A DNA stretch of 64,000 nt, from contig OZ024746.1 of assembly GCA_964016885.1 (NCBI GenBank), forward strand, positions 87,854,001-87,918,000. Reading direction: 5' to 3'. Each line of letters begins with the position of its first letter. The stretch's first letter is position 1. The translations under genes and the position numbers were made by a program. Origin of the DNA: Eledone cirrhosa (taxonomy: Eukaryota). The notes under the pieces were generated by a model, which searched no databases, was not told the DNA's origin, and saw nothing but the letters and a program-made list of their open reading frames with translations. Positions 1-16,569 of the stretch are shown here, piece by piece.

Positions 1-522
1 AGAGTGAAACGTTTATTGAATAAAATGTGGATGATAGTCCAAATTATTCAAGCTTTACTTCCTCCCTCCACATTCCTCTCATTCTACTCCACATCACTAT
101 TGTTGCCTTCTTTCTCCTACGCCCACTTCTCCTCCGCCTCATCATCATTATTATAATTTCCATCCATATCATTCGTATTATTACGAATCGTTGTTGATAG
201 TTAATTATATATTTTTTTTAGTTATATTATTTTTTCTTCGTATCCTGTAGTCACGTCTGTGTTGTAGGAGAAAATTAGCTTCACTTACTTTCACAGAGAA
301 ATATTATTAGGAAATAAAAAATAAAGAAAAATTTGGCCAATTTTATTTCCCCCAATCACTATACGACTTGTTTTGTTTTTTTTATTTATTTTTGTTAGAA
401 TTTCTCTTTGTTATTACTTTTCTGGTTCTTTTCGTTTTTTTTTTCAATTCCGATAATGGAAACCTATCCCCTTAATAGCTACTCATTATATGTTTAAGCC
501 ATTGATATGCAATATAAGTCTT

Positions 523-593
<71 letters not shown>

Positions 594-601
594 ACATGTA
601 C

Positions 602-670
<69 letters not shown>

Positions 671-1058
671 GATATATGTATATATGTATATGTAGATATA
701 TGTATATATATATGTAGATATATGTATATATATGTAGATATATGTAGATATATGTATATATATATATGTAGATATATGTATATATATATATATGTAGATA
801 TATGTAGATATATATATGTAGATATATGTAGATATATATATGTAGATATATGTAGATATATATATATGTAGATATATATATGTATGTATATATAAGTATA
901 TATATATATATGTAGATATATGTATATATATATATATATACATATGTAAATATATATATATATATATATGTAGATATAGATATATATATATATGTAGATA
1001 TATATATAATGTATATAATGTACATATATATATATAATGTAAATATATATATATGTAG

Positions 1059-1121
<63 letters not shown>

Positions 1122-2353
1122 TTTTATGAAGTAACCTCTTAAATTACCCTTGTCTTCATGTCATATTTCACTAACTATAAAAGCAATTGCAGTCGCAGTG
1201 ATATTCCATAAAGAGAAAATGAAAATTTTATGAAGACAATTTTGGAAATAATTGGGGAATTTTTTTGGTGTTGCGTATTTACTTTTTTTATCAGATGAAT
1301 ATTTGATTGCATCATTTCATAGGAAGAAAGAGACATAAATAGATTTCGAATAAGTGATGGCACGTGTAAGTATGTGCATATGCGAACTCGAATAGAGAAA
1401 TACATTTACCTAAACTAAAGTAGATGCATTTATATATATGTTTCTCGGTGTATTACGTGATTATATGCATATTTGATATTAATTTTAGTTTGTTTTGCTT
1501 CTCCTATAAAACGATATGTTGAAGACAAAAATATTCATGCGTTGCAGCATTTCGATATTTCAAATTTAGTCACTGTCAGATTCTGAATATATATGGTGTC
1601 GGCCGATAGTACTAAGTGCTATGTACGTATATTCATGTATTTGATGCGAATGACGATGTATCTATTTTGCGAATAACAGCTTTGTACCTTATTATATTGT
1701 ATCATCTTTGTGAGTTTCAGTTGCTCTGAAAATTCGTGAATCTAAGGAATTATATGTAAGTGTTACACAGTATTCGTATATGGGAAAAAAGATACAATTC
1801 TAATGAGCCAAGTAAAATATGTTGTTATAATTTATTGTAGAATAAATTCAATAACTCACAAAGACGTTATAAATGACAGTATCATCACATAAGATTGTTT
1901 CGTAGAGTAAGGTTAAACCTTGCGTTCACTTTAAACTTGCTACTATGGTTTTGGTTGTGGGTTGCATTCATAAAGTCATGCAAACAGTGATATATTAGTA
2001 CGTGTATACTATATCATTGTAAATTCCCTTTTCATTTATTATATACCCTAGCGTAGAATCGCACAACCTAAACATCGACCAGAAAAGAGGTATATGTCCA
2101 AAATTACAATGGTAGACAAATTTCGGATATATTGTAATATGCTCTACGTTTAAATGTTTAATAATTCGGGGTATTATTAATATAACGGGTTTCAGAATAG
2201 AGTTATAAGAAAAATATATGAATCTCGATGTTGGTATTTTAAGCTGTGACGAAATTACCTTTACACTATTAACATTGTGAGAATTACAAATGCTAGTAAT
2301 TCTGGACTGTATATCTTCAGTAATTTTAATTACACTTGGAGTTGCGAAGTTCT

Positions 2354-2524
<171 letters not shown>

Positions 2525-3424
2525 GTCAGGTCACCAGTTGGTGCTACTGGTAACATGTATCCCAGTACAACTTCTCCCATGATCGGGTCGTTGGCGACTA
2601 AACTGGCAACCTTACCAAGGTTTCTTGGTGAGGAGGGTGACTTTGGACATCCTGCAGGACTAAAAACAAAACCTGTCAAAGGGCAAAGGAGTTCTTAAGA
2701 GTCAATGGCCATCCAAAATTACCGAGAGAGATGACCCCTTACCCTTTGTCAAGGTAGAATTCTAGGAGAAGGAAAACTCTGATATAACACCTGCAACACT
2801 GATGGTATACAATGATGTTGACTTGTTCTTCTTTTTGGTAAGTATCATCTTGGTTAAAGAGTGGGACTGGCATTGTGCAGTGCCTTTGCTCACTATAAAA
2901 GCTTCATGGCACAGGCATTGCTTTATATCTGGGGATCTCTCTGCACTTGTCGTCACATGGTACCATGGGCCCAGCACTATGTGTCAATAATTGTCACAAG
3001 TGTAGTGTTTGTACCAGAGTTATCAAGTCGCTGTCTGGACTAAAAAAGTCACACCCGTTCAGCGCATCGGTAGAGGTTATCCTACATGGATATAAAGTAG
3101 TGGCCGTACTCGAAAACGAGTTGACAGCCACCATGTATGTATGTACGTACGTATATATATATATTAAATAATAGATTTTTGGTGATGCTCATTTACATGC
3201 AATGTGCACTATTACGTTATTGTTCATATACAGGCCTATATAGCAGCATATACAATATATCACTATATTAATAAACGTATATAGGTATCGTCATGCGTTT
3301 TTAGAAACTGTGATCGTGCCACAGCTCCCTCAATAATCGTGTAACTTTACTCACTTGTATATACTAGAAGTACGGTATAGAATATAATAAAAAGAGACGT
3401 AAATACAACAACTACTACTACTAC

Positions 3425-3492
<68 letters not shown>

Positions 3493-4340
3493 ATGACCCT
3501 CCTCACACATAAGGTAATATTTTGGAAATATTTATAGTGATGATAGTCATATGTGATGTCTACCTTCACGTTGAAAATAATACTTGCTTTGCAGGTTTCA
3601 TTGATGATAGTGATGGAGAGAAGAGGGTGGAGTATGCTTATGAAAATGTTTTAGTTTATATTTGTGATGATTGATGCTAGAGACGTCGATAATATGGAAT
3701 AGCATTGATATAGTGGTTTGGCAATGACACTACCGATGATTGCATTAGAAGTGACGTTGGTGGTGAAATAATTTTAATAATCTTGATGATCATCATCATC
3801 GTCATGTATCGGATGCTTTTGTAAGTTCAGTCATGTATTTCCTGGTGGTTTACTATTGTCACTGTTGTTGCTATTTAATATTATTGTGTGGCCAATAGAT
3901 TTTAGATATAATTGTTGATGTTGTTGGTGGTGATGATGATGATGGGGAGGAGAAGGAGGAGGATGCGAGCAGACAGACTGTCATATTTACACCACAGACC
4001 TCAGTGCATCATGGTTGACTGAGAAAGTGAGCAATAAATATTGTTCAGTCAAACGGAACTAGCAATTTTCATTTACAGTGGCTTTTAGTAGCCATTATTT
4101 TCAGAGCATTCTGTAAAATGCTACACAGACAATATGTCTGTATTTATTATCTAACGTTAAACTGCAAATACATGACCACAAGCAACACTGCCATCACAAA
4201 TACTGCCAGCTTTTCAATATCGTCTCTGTAAATAACATATCACAAGTTGCATTCTGATTTTTAAAGCTTATTTTTTTCATATTATTGCTTATTTATGGTG
4301 TAGTCAAGGTCATATATTTTCTCGATATGGACAATTATGG

Positions 4341-4451
<111 letters not shown>

Positions 4452-6091
4452 TTATTGTTATTATTATGCGAATTAAATATCGTGCTGTATTTCAGTTCTT
4501 ATTTTAACATTAAATTCAGAAAGCTGTCACTGTTTCTTTTAATCCAATATCCGTAATGTCGATATAGTATTCACCAGACACGCTCTAAGTTCAATATAAA
4601 CTCATTCCCAAGCACACCACAATCAATTATTATGGTTAATAAAGGTGCATGTTAAGGTGCACATTCTGTCTTTATGATAATATAAATTTAACACAGACAC
4701 ACATATATACATACATATACTTGTGACATTTTGTGTTAGTTAAACGACCGAAACTTGTGTACGCAGGATTGAGCGCTTAACGAGGTATACCTGTGGTTTT
4801 GTATACTCTGTATTATAAGTATAACAATGCAGTAGAAGCAAATAGGTTCGAATATTCCTCATTTTATTAAGTACATAACCGTCGTTATACATATTTTAAG
4901 GGTAAGTTTTATGTAACAATTACGACCTCATCCGATATATATTACATGAATGAAAATTAAGTATGCGGTTTCCATTCAGTGTTATGTCCTGGGTGGGTGT
5001 TGCTGTTATTTCCCCAGCAGGGTTTCATAAGCACCACCCTTAGTTGTATTTATGCTCTCTTAGTATAATATACTAGTTTATGATTTGAAAGCATTTTCTT
5101 ATAGGTATTGCTTCATCAGTGCGCTTAATTGGAACTGAGGAAAGACAACAAATTTGGAATTTTGTAGTTTTATTAGTGTCTGTTCAAACACATCGTAACT
5201 ATATAATTTATTTGGAAAGTGCAATCTAAATATAGACGATAATTGAAACAGAACCATTTAGATAGCTTTAACATTTTTAAATGACATCTAACTCTAATGT
5301 AAACAATCGAAATTTCAGGAGTATTCCTTTTCCTTTTAATGTTAATTAATAATCCAATAACTTTTAAATTTCCCTCTAAAAATTATATTTCTTAGTTCTC
5401 GATCAAACGCTATATATTTGAGAACTATCTCTACGCCATGTAATATTTCGTACCACATTCGAGCCGACATGTTTCTATTTAGAACATATGGATTTGGGCC
5501 AACATACTGAAAATCAGCCTAATTATTTAAACAGTGATGCTTAGTGTATAGTAATGATGCAAACTATTCATATTATTCCCTCATAGAATAAACAGCAGAT
5601 TACTTCATATTTCTTGATTAGGTCTAACAACCACCAGTTGGGCATTCCACTGATTTCTGAGGCTCTCGTACTGGAACAATAATCTCTCATACTCATGCAT
5701 TTCTAAAAACCTACATCAGATAAATATTAAACAGTCGGGATGTGAAACGTAATAGCCAACTGGTTTTGATTTCATTTATCAACATACACTGGGAGCAGTT
5801 GTTCTGTTGTATCATTAAAACCAATAATTCCATTTTTACCCTCACATTCCTCCTCGATTTTTCTCATCTTAAAATGATTATCCTTTTCCTCGTCATTATG
5901 ATCATTGCAGACATGATGAGCGGCAAAATATACAACTTCACTTCCAGGTGAGAAAAAATGCAGCAACATATGTTAGCGTTGTAACATTAAACTCACATCG
6001 ATACATGAACTACTACTATGGCCAACAAATGCACCATTAACAACAAATTTCTATCAATAAACATTAACATCATGATCATGCATCCCCTGCT

Positions 6092-6125
<34 letters not shown>

Positions 6126-7057
6126 CATCCGTTTGCTTACTACAACCATCCATTCGTCTCCTCCCCTTCATTAACTTATGGGCCCTATCACTAACTTTGG
6201 TAATATATAATGTCGCTTGCCATACTTAGGAGTGTATGAAGTACACATCTAATAGGTACAGTTAAGAACATGGCGGCATTATGACCTCATTAGTGAGATA
6301 TTCCAAAATCTATGTTCTTTTGTTAGAGAGACCTCACTGATTTAAAACGAAATAGTTGAGCTAAAAGGTTTCCAGTTGGCTTAAATTTATTAATGAAATT
6401 AACTGTAATTCAGCTCGCCAAACATTCCGAGTATTGCATGTTGATATCTGTGTGCATATTATTTGAATGAGAATTATCAGTCTGTTCAATTTAGATCTAA
6501 TGTGGTCTTTTCTCCATATGTGTTTCGTTATAAATGCAGACTCCGACAAGGATATAGGTATGTATGTATATTTTTATGTATATAAGTATGTGCGTAAGTA
6601 TGTGTGTATATATAGGTTTCCTCCTCCTAATTTTGAGTTTATTTTGGACAACCAACTTCCCGGTGGCAATATTGTAAGGAAAATGAAAATGGCGTTGTTT
6701 ATTATGTAAGCGTTCATCCTTTGAATTATAGGAATATTCTTTTTAAATGTTGAATATTCCAGCTATCATTTGAAATAAAGAGTGAACTTCTTTCTCCACA
6801 AATCTATAATCAGTTATACATTGTTCCAGATGATTTGGTATATAATATGTATTTGGTATATAATATGTATTTCCAATAATGACGGCTGTGAAGCCGAGTT
6901 TCTATTTTGGATACTAGATCTGCAAACGCCTAAGTAATTTTCTGTCTAACCATTAAGTAATATATTCAGATATGTAAATATATGTTAAAAAGTGTTCAAA
7001 GAAACCGATGGGTATGATACAATTATATCTGTATATATATATATATATGTATATATG

Positions 7058-7128
<71 letters not shown>

Positions 7129-7204
7129 CGAAGGAAATGTGGTAAGGAACCAGGTGGACCATAGCGCACCAAAGTACTCAATACTTGAGGTAGTAGAGTG
7201 GGTA

Positions 7205-7313
7205 ATAGGAACCAGTAAGACCCCGACAGCTGAGCTCAACCCGTTTCGACGGCTAATTCTGGAATTAGCCGTCGAAACGGCTTGAGCTCAGCTGTCGGGG
7301 TCTTACTGGTTCC

Positions 7314-7316
<3 letters not shown>
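7205..7316. repeat. Fold-back palindrome of the 3' half of the 7650-7743 HHR; direct copy resumes at 7636
   Basis: ataggaacc...ggctaatt-ctgg-aattagcc...ggttcctat, with one mismatch between arms. Confidence 0.95.
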
Positions 7317-7390
<74 letters not shown>

Positions 7391-7440
7391 CTATATATAC
7401 ATATATATATCTATATATACATATATAGACATATATAGAC

Positions 7441-7597
<157 letters not shown>

Positions 7598-7602
7598 TAT
7601 AT

Positions 7603-7639
<37 letters not shown>

Positions 7640-7649
7640 AACCAGTAAG

Positions 7650-7743
7650 ACCCCGACAGCTGAGCTCAAGCCGTTTCGACGGCTAATTCTGGACTAAATG
7701 AAAATTTATCCTCGTATTTAAATAGCCGATCTTCTCAAGGGGT
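7650..7743 (-). ncRNA. Type I hammerhead ribozyme, U3-A8 core variant
   Basis: Minus strand reads acccc UUGAGAA gaucggcua..(long loop)..uagccguc GAAA c-ggcuugagcucagcu-g UC ggggu. Stem I acccc/ggggu, palindromic stem III, GUC triplet. Confidence 0.7.
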
Positions 7744-8469
7744 AATTCCATATATGGTCAAAGTGATTGTCAAAAATCAGTAGTAATTCTGTGGTTGCAA
7801 ATTAGTAGGGGAGATGGTGGCTAAACCTGCCAGTAGGAGAAAGAGGGGAGGGGGTGGAGTAGACCCAATCAAGCGTTGGTAGTGCCAGCTACAGCTGGGC
7901 ATGAGGTCAAAGAAGATACAGGGGAGGGGGAGGGGGAGGAAGTCGGAACGGTAGGTAGAACAATGGGGGGTAGAAATAGGAAAAAAAAAAAAAAAAAAAA
8001 AAAATACTGAGAGTGAAGAAAGGCAAATAAGTGTAAAGAAAAGTAAAGTAAATTAAATTCTACGACCTAGGTGTCAGGCTATTGTTAGGCGAGAATAAAA
8101 TAAAGAAAGAAAGAAAGAAGTAAAAAAATATAAATAAATGAATAAATAAGGAAATAAGTAAGAGAACTAGGTGGGACGGATTAAGCAAAGACCCTTTTAA
8201 GAGGTATAAGTACGTAAATGATACGGTGACGGGTCAACAAAAGGGGCCAAAATACTAAAGAGACTACCACGAAATAAACAATAAAGGTTTCCATCCCGGG
8301 CCAGCAACGACCCAGTGCAGCAAAGTGAACTTGTACGAGATAATAATTCTGAGTCCCGAGAAAAATATATACTAATGCTAACTCTAAAAGATCTAAAACA
8401 AGCTACATGAAAGTTCGTACGAAATAAAGGTAGAAAACGGAGAAATAAATTCAGAATCCACCCCGCCCA

Positions 8470-8528
<59 letters not shown>

Positions 8529-8533
8529 TATAT

Positions 8534-8666
<133 letters not shown>

Positions 8667-8669
8667 CAC

Positions 8670-8810
<141 letters not shown>

Positions 8811-8815
8811 CACAT

Positions 8816-9467
8816 ATGTTCTATTTACCCTTGTGTTCTAAGATAGAACACAAGGGTAAATTAGAGAACATAGAAATAAAAATAGAATCCACACACAGAA
8901 AAGATGCAATGTTTAGGCAAATTACAGAGGCAGTAAGCATAAAAGAATTACAACCAAAATTAAATAGAAAATATGAGTGGAACAGCAACATCACAACTTA
9001 CAATTAAGGACAAAATGAAAACACACACACAAATAGAACAAACAACCAACCAACAACATGTAAATAAATGAACACAAACACACACAGACACCCGGATGTG
9101 GCGCATGCGCAAACTGAGCACACAACACACACACAGAAACAAAATGGCGTAGGACAGAAGAAAGGAAAGGCACAGAAACAAAGAAAGGAATCCCCAGTCA
9201 CTGAGAGGTCACAGAGTGTGTGACGAAAGGACTATGACTATATATAAACAACTACCTGGTTGTGGAACCAACCAACCAACCAACCAACCAGAAATTTATA
9301 AGTTTGTAGATTTTTAAATTTATAAATTTATAAATATATAATAAATTAAAGTGAAAGCAATTGGTGCGTGTGTTTCTTATTGGCAACATGACCCTCCCAA
9401 AGTATAACAATATCGGTTTCAACACACGATTTCAGATAAAGAATCTTGCTAAACAAATTCAGAAACG

Positions 9468-9470
<3 letters not shown>
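8816..9470 (+). mobile_element. 3' end of a Penelope-like element (GIY-YIG C-terminus plus HHR-bearing pLTR), called family E here
   Basis: ORF tail [21 protein letters not shown] resembles a PLE endonuclease C-terminus. HHR-like motif at 9196-9239. Flanked by (TA)n. Homologous to 21278-21581, 26270-26650 and 28544-28921. Confidence 0.7.
9196..9239 (+). ncRNA. Minimal type I HHR-like motif (family E; core one A shorter than the other copies)
   Basis: aguca CUGAGAG gucaca gagug ugugac GAAA ggac UA ugacu. Confidence 0.5.
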
Positions 9471-9512
<42 letters not shown>

Positions 9513-10298
9513 TATATATATATACATATATATTCATTAGTTAAGCAAAACAAGACCACAAATTTCACAAGGAAGACATTATTAAAAGATTGTCAACATA
9601 TTTAGTTTGATGTAAGGAATGTAGAGAATAATAATAATAATAATATTAATAATAATAATGCCCGTTTACAAATGTTTCGCCACTCCGTATATTATTTCTG
9701 GATCAGATGACTATGTATCATAATTGATCTGGTTCAGTTGAAAATAATTAACATGTTTAAAAAAACAGAATGGCTCATCGGAACTCAAAGGAATATCAAT
9801 TAAAATAATGTTACATAATATAAGGTTCCATATATTAGTTTTTACTATGGTGCCTTTGTTTCATCAGCTGTTAGCCATAATCAAGCAGTACTCATCTGTC
9901 GAAGCTGCATTGTGTGAGATCTGCCTATGGGTAACAAGATGGCTGCCAAAGGGCATATTTACCTTACTAATTAGAGGGTGGTTTCAGGGGAAGTAACTTC
10001 TCGAGAGAATAGAGATTGTGTGTATTTTATAGTTATGTGCTAGTATTTAAATTATTTAATTGAGAGACAATGTAGGGGAGGTAACTTATAATTATCGAGT
10101 TATTCATAGCAATGTAACTTATTAGCTACAATTAGAGATGGGGCTACATGACTAAGTTGCTTTCTACTGAATATTGCACATTGAGCACATTCCTTTACGC
10201 GTTGGCTTCTAACTAACTCACCAATCTTTCCTCTCATATCTCCTCTACTATCTCAATCTCTCTCTTTAAGATTGGTTACTCTTGAACTGTGTATATAA

Positions 10299-10457
<159 letters not shown>

Positions 10458-10707
10458 GATAGACTGAGTGGGTAATCGAAACTATGGCAATTTATTTACA
10501 CACATTGACTATTGTCAGGTAAACAGGCCAGAAAGTAAAACATAACTGGTAAATAGAAAAATAAAAGTATAAACAAAATTAATCGATTATGCGACCTATT
10601 TGAATCATCGCCACATGTCATGGAAACTACCTAAATAATTACAAAGAAACACATACACACACACAGACACGGACATACACACACACACACACACACACAT
10701 ACACATA

Positions 10708-10770
<63 letters not shown>

Positions 10771-13700
10771 GGGGATTTTATCCGGCCTAGTGTAGAGACT
10801 ATATATATATATATATATATGTATAGAGAGAGATAATAGAAATGGCTGTGTAGTTGCGATGTAAGGTAACTTAAAATGCAGTGGGAATACGAAGAAAGCA
10901 AGAACGCGGAGGGGGGACGGGTTCCTCATCAGTTGTCTACTGGGTGTCTCGGATATTTCTACGCTTTAAAGACAAGATATCTCACACCAGGGCGTCAATA
11001 ACTGGATAAGTTATCCGGAAAACGGGGGCGAGAGGGAAGGAAAGCAAAAGGGAAGAAAAGAGAAAACAATAAAAAAAAAACAGCGAAAAAACCCAACAAA
11101 CCGAGCAACTTAAGGTAAGGAAATCCAAGAACACTCGATAAGAGAACTTAAGTTCAAGATTGAGTGGTCGAGGGAAAAAAGGCGCACGTCTCATCGCCGC
11201 AGTTGTAAGTGAGAAGAGAACTGCTAAAGGGTCAGACGAGGGGGTGAAAGTGAGAGCGAGAAAGGGAGAGGTAGACAGTGGGGTAAGAGTAGATAGGGAG
11301 AAAGGGAGTGGAAGGAAGTGGGATGAGAGTAGAAAGTAGCGAAATAGAGAGGTAGAAGGGGCGAGAAGAATGGTTACAGCGAAAACATGATGAAATATAT
11401 GGAGATTAGAAATGGCTATGTAGTTGTTATTTAAGGTAACTTAAAATGCAGTGATATATATGTGTGCTATTATGAAATCGTTATAATTATTACGCATGGA
11501 TTCATGATGGTTATCGGGGCTGACGTTGACAACAGGTAGAACAATATTACTCAGTACGCTGGTAAACTATTGGTAACTTTACTGTCTATAGAAATGATTT
11601 CGTAAGGACTAGACTGGTTTAAATCTATGGTGATTTTATGCGAATGAAATGGTTTCTTGTCCCGTAGAAGTCATTTACACAGACACACACGCACACGTAT
11701 AGAAATACACACACACATCCACACATATACATACACACATACATACACGTGCATGTATATGGGGCTGTCTGGGTGTGTGTGTTCCTCTCGAGTTCACCCG
11801 TGTTTGCGTTTTCTTATTTACTTTTGTCTATCTTCTCCTGAAGGTAGAGCATCCGAAGCGTTAAGGTTCCTCTCCCACTATATTAAACGGTGAACTAATA
11901 TACCCCTATTGTGTTATCATTTTCTTCTGTGTATGGCAATATAATATTGGTGAATATTGTTTGAAAAATTAATAGTTCGTGTAGTCGATTTCGCCTTTTT
12001 TGCCATAACATTCCCCCAATAAAATGAATATTAGTAATCAGTTTGTCTCAATGTGTCATGTCATGACACAAGATGTGACCTCGAGGTCCTGTAAACATAT
12101 TCATTTTTTTATATATTAAGCAACATTAGGGTGCTCGCAAATAGTTCTAAAGTTATGATTTCCACGTTTTCAACGAGTATATATATATATATATTATTTT
12201 TTTGGAGTGAGGAAACATTTAGTCTGTTTTAGTCCTGTTATAACATAATAATTTACTTCTCTAGTAAAGTGCACGTGAAGCTTGATTTAATATCGTTAAC
12301 ATGTATGATTTGTTTCAGATGTATTCAACCATGAATCAATTTTTAATTATAGTCATCTTTATATATAATTCTGTTTTTAAATCATCGCTGTCATTTAAAT
12401 TTTCTATTATAACATCAAGCGTCAAAATGTATTAGAAACGTGGCGCAGCTAAACAATTTTAAAGTACACTATAATTGGAATGAAAATAATGGGAAAGGCT
12501 TAATGATGTGAAAAGTTTATTTAGATCTTTCACCTGCAAGTTAAGTTTTCTATCAGTTTGTATGACTGGCAGGTTTTGAGAAATTGATTGATATCTCTCG
12601 AACAATGATTTAAACAATTCATCTCATTTATGATTTATTGATCGATCTATGGCGAGGTTATTTAGGAATCAATTACTCTAGCACTAGCAACAAGCTACAC
12701 ACCATTTATGTTGTTGTTGTTATCTGAATTTTGTTCACTAACGTCATAAGTGTTGTCTGGAAATTCAAGATCTCAGTTTTTGAGAAACTGTAAAACAGTA
12801 GATAGCAAACATCACCAATTCAGGCAATGAACTGAAACTAATACATATGAAGTGTATATGTATTAATCAAAGATTATGTTTTCATTTGAATAAAACCTCC
12901 ACTTTCCTGATGCTGTAGATGTTTAGTCCAGAGTATCACAGATCGAGGATACCTGTAATCAAAATATAACCAGTAAATGTTTTCGTATAGTTCACTGTGT
13001 GCACACGTCTGTGTCTAAGTGCCAGAAGTGTTAAACTTCTGCTTAATTAAAAGAGCATCTCGATTACTCTTTTCCGCTGAAATAAATGTCTCTCCCTTAT
13101 GCAAATACTAACATCTTTGATGTTTCACTTCACAGACGGACATATTGAACATAGTAGAAAAATGATTAGTTATGTTGATGTTTCTAGTATATATTAATAT
13201 ATCTTAAATGTAAATCACAGTGAATATTTCAATATTCCAATACTTGCAAATTATATGAATTGATTGGTGTTATTTTCTCCTCCTTGTGCAGAAGATTCAT
13301 AGTATTATCGTACATGATGCAGACGAAAGTTCATTTGATCGACTGTTTTCTTTTCTCGTTATAGAAGGCGAATATTAAATTATAATGTCTTATAAAATGC
13401 ATTAAATGATAATACACAGTTGAATACCACAGACAAATTATATAACTAGTAATTTCCTTAACCTCGTAGCTATATATGTGACAATTAATTCATGTTCAAT
13501 ATGAATGAAGTGTCAACCCCACTCTTTAGAGAATATGTGAAAGATGATACCTGATTTTATTTTTGCTTTTGCATATATATTTTATTATTGGGCATTTTCG
13601 ATTTATGGACTGCATCCACATCGTAAACTTATGGATGTCACACATGGGAGGAAATACGGCCAGGGATCAAGCTACTAAATTCTGATCGAGCCTGAATTTA

Positions 13701-13936
13701 TAAGAGATGTAAAATTGTACGTCCGTATGCATTCTGGAATGTGATTCAGACATGTACGTCAAACTTCATTATTTTCCATCTCTTAGATGGTTCTCAACCC
13801 CACTATGAGGCTAAAGATTCTTTAGTCAAGAATACGGTGAAAACTTATATTTCTATTTTCACACACACACACGCACACACACATACACATACACACACGC
13901 ACGCACACACACACACACATACATACATACATACAT

Positions 13937-13970
<34 letters not shown>

Positions 13971-14300
13971 ATATGCCCGGGTATTTGACTCCAGTTAAGT
14001 GGTGTTAAATTGAAACCATTGACTCCTCCATGTCAGATAGTTTCACCCGTCGTTTTCATAATCCTTATGAACAGGATTGACACGCACAGCCGATTTGGAA
14101 GTGGTATTACGACTGGCTAGTGTAGAAACAGTGTTCTGAAATATGCTGATGAAATGATATTACTTAATTCCTCAAAAGGAGAACTACGACATGTATCTGA
14201 TAGGTTTGACACATTCAAAAAGCAATTTAATACATTTCTATTCAATACCTGCAGGTTAAAGAAAACATACTCGAAACGAAAAATGTATTCTAACATTAAA

Positions 14301-15040
14301 TTATGACTTCTGATTTAGGCACAAGGCCAGCAGATTTCGAGGGGTGGGAAAGTCGATTGAATCCACCCCAGTGTGTTAGTGGTGCTTTATTTTGTGGACC
14401 CCGTAAACATGGAAGACAAAACTAAACTTGGATTGATTTGAACTCAGAATGTAAAGCGCTACAACATTCTCACACACAGTAGGGTCCGATACTGGAAATT
14501 CACCATCAAATAGTGATTTCTACTATAGGCACAAGGCCAGAATTAACCATCAAATAATTGCTTCTACTTTTGGCACAAGGCCAGCAATTATTTCAGTGTA
14601 TTACTGGTACTTTATTTTATCGACCCCGTAAGGATGAAAGGCAAAGTTAACTTCGGCAGTATTTGAAATCAGACCAGAAAGGACAGTAACTCTTTGCTGC
14701 AAAGCATTGCGTCCGACCCTCTACCGATACTGCCAATTCAAACATCAAATAATGTAATATATATATCTTTCATAACGTAAATATTAAGTATAAAATGTTA
14801 CTGATAAGAATCTTATGGAGGAACACAGGTCCAATCCAATATTAATAATATGAATAATTGTTTCTACTTTTGGCACAATGCCAGTAATTACCCAATGTAT
14901 TACTGGTACTTTATTTTATCGACCCCGTAAGGATGAAAGGCAAAGTTAACCTCGGCGGGATTTGAACTCAGAATGGCAAGGGCCGTAACTCTATGCGTCA
15001 AAGCATGGCGTCCGATCCTCTACCGATACTACCAATCCAA
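14301..15040 (-). mobile_element. Cluster of tRNA-derived SINE copies (about 14301-14460, 14553-14740, 14854-15036, plus a tail fragment near 14510)
   Basis: Shared core ACTTTGCCTTTCATCCTTACGGGGTCGATAAAATAAAGTACCAG (MetaSINE-like domain), B-box-like GAGTTCAAATCC, and tail GGCCTTGTGCC..AAAGTAGAAACAATTAT. Confidence 0.85.
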
Positions 15041-15379
15041 TGAATAATGACATGTTACACGTTGTAACCGGGTAAATCTCACATACATTCTTCTCTAGAA
15101 AGGATGTCTTGCTTACTAGATATGTAACATCTATGTCGTTAATGCTCTATATGCTTATATTACATTTGTGTTAATACGTAGGTGTGTATTTATATACACA
15201 CCTACGTATACACTCACATACATACACATCTATGTATTACATGTAGTTATTCGAATCATACCTGTAGTATGATAACCTATATCACAGAGGAATTAAACGA
15301 AGACCTTTGAAGAATTAATGACGATACAGAAAGGTGGTGTATTGAAAGAAACATTAAATATTATTTATAGTAGAAGTAA

Positions 15380-15466
<87 letters not shown>

Positions 15467-15875
15467 CAACAGCAGCAGCATTACTAGTGGGATTAGTAAG
15501 ATTAATAATAAATAAGTCTCATAATAAAGAAATATATGTCTAAGCGATAGGTGATTTCATACATTTATTTATTAATGTCGATTTATCGTCAAATTTCTTA
15601 CGTTGGAGAAGGTTTTTAAATAGTTGATACTAACTGTCAGTAGAGTGGTTGGTGTTGAAATTCTATCTCTATATTTAATTCACATATTTCTCGAATGAAA
15701 CAAAACAGTTTCGAGAAACTATACTGTTTATATGAGAAAATACGTGAGACTACATGAAAAGTAACATATATTGATTTCTTAAAAGCATGTTTTCAAAGGA
15801 GCATATTGAAGATAACGAATAGGAAGAAAGGAAAACTATCAAGAAATCACGTCTGTTAAGAAGGCATCACATATG

Positions 15876-15986
<111 letters not shown>

Positions 15987-16254
15987 GTGTGTGTGTGTGT
16001 GTGCGTGTGTGTGTCTTTTATGTAATTCCAAAGAAAAAGCAAGCAGAAAGAGACTGCTCTATGTATAGAACAGAGCTATTTCATTAGAACGTAAACAACA
16101 CAAAATTACAAAGGTTTCTTCATCCCAGGCAATACATATTTTTTAACCATAACATCTATGTCTGATGACCGCTCCGGACGTATATTAATATTATCTGGTG
16201 TCCAGATACCTTTGGTAAGGGAGTAGTTATAATGTGTATTCACTTTCTAATTAA

Positions 16255-16353
<99 letters not shown>

Positions 16354-16569
16354 TACATATATATATAAATATATATATATATATAAGTATGTACACGTAC
16401 ATACATATATGTATACAGACGTACAGTAGTATGTATATATATATATACATACATGCACACATATATATATATGTACGTATGGATTCACCGAACATTTATT
16501 ATAATGCTCGGTATTAAGCCGTAGTGTCCAGCAACCATCGTTGCTCGTTTGTTCAACACTGACAAAGGA

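Noticed and set aside
490-1120. Long YI/IY, CV and HT repeat ORFs here and throughout the window
   Set aside because: They are translations of (TA)n and (CA)n microsatellites.
5742-5951. Hydrophobic ORF with CAG|GTGAGA as a candidate PXYLP1 first exon
   Set aside because: The donor is phase 2 in that frame but the 49067 exon needs phase 1, and there is no recognisable homology.
10837-11453. CTGATGAG on the minus strand (~10925-10932) within a ~570-bp spaced direct repeat
   Set aside because: No GAAA or stem III follows. It may be a truncated pLTR, but no HHR can be built.
11833-11870. ctcCTGAAGGtagagcatccGAAGCgttaagg HHR-like relic
   Set aside because: Two core mismatches and poor stems.
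16160-16215. CTGATGAccgctccgg motif
   Set aside because: No GAAA after the hairpin.
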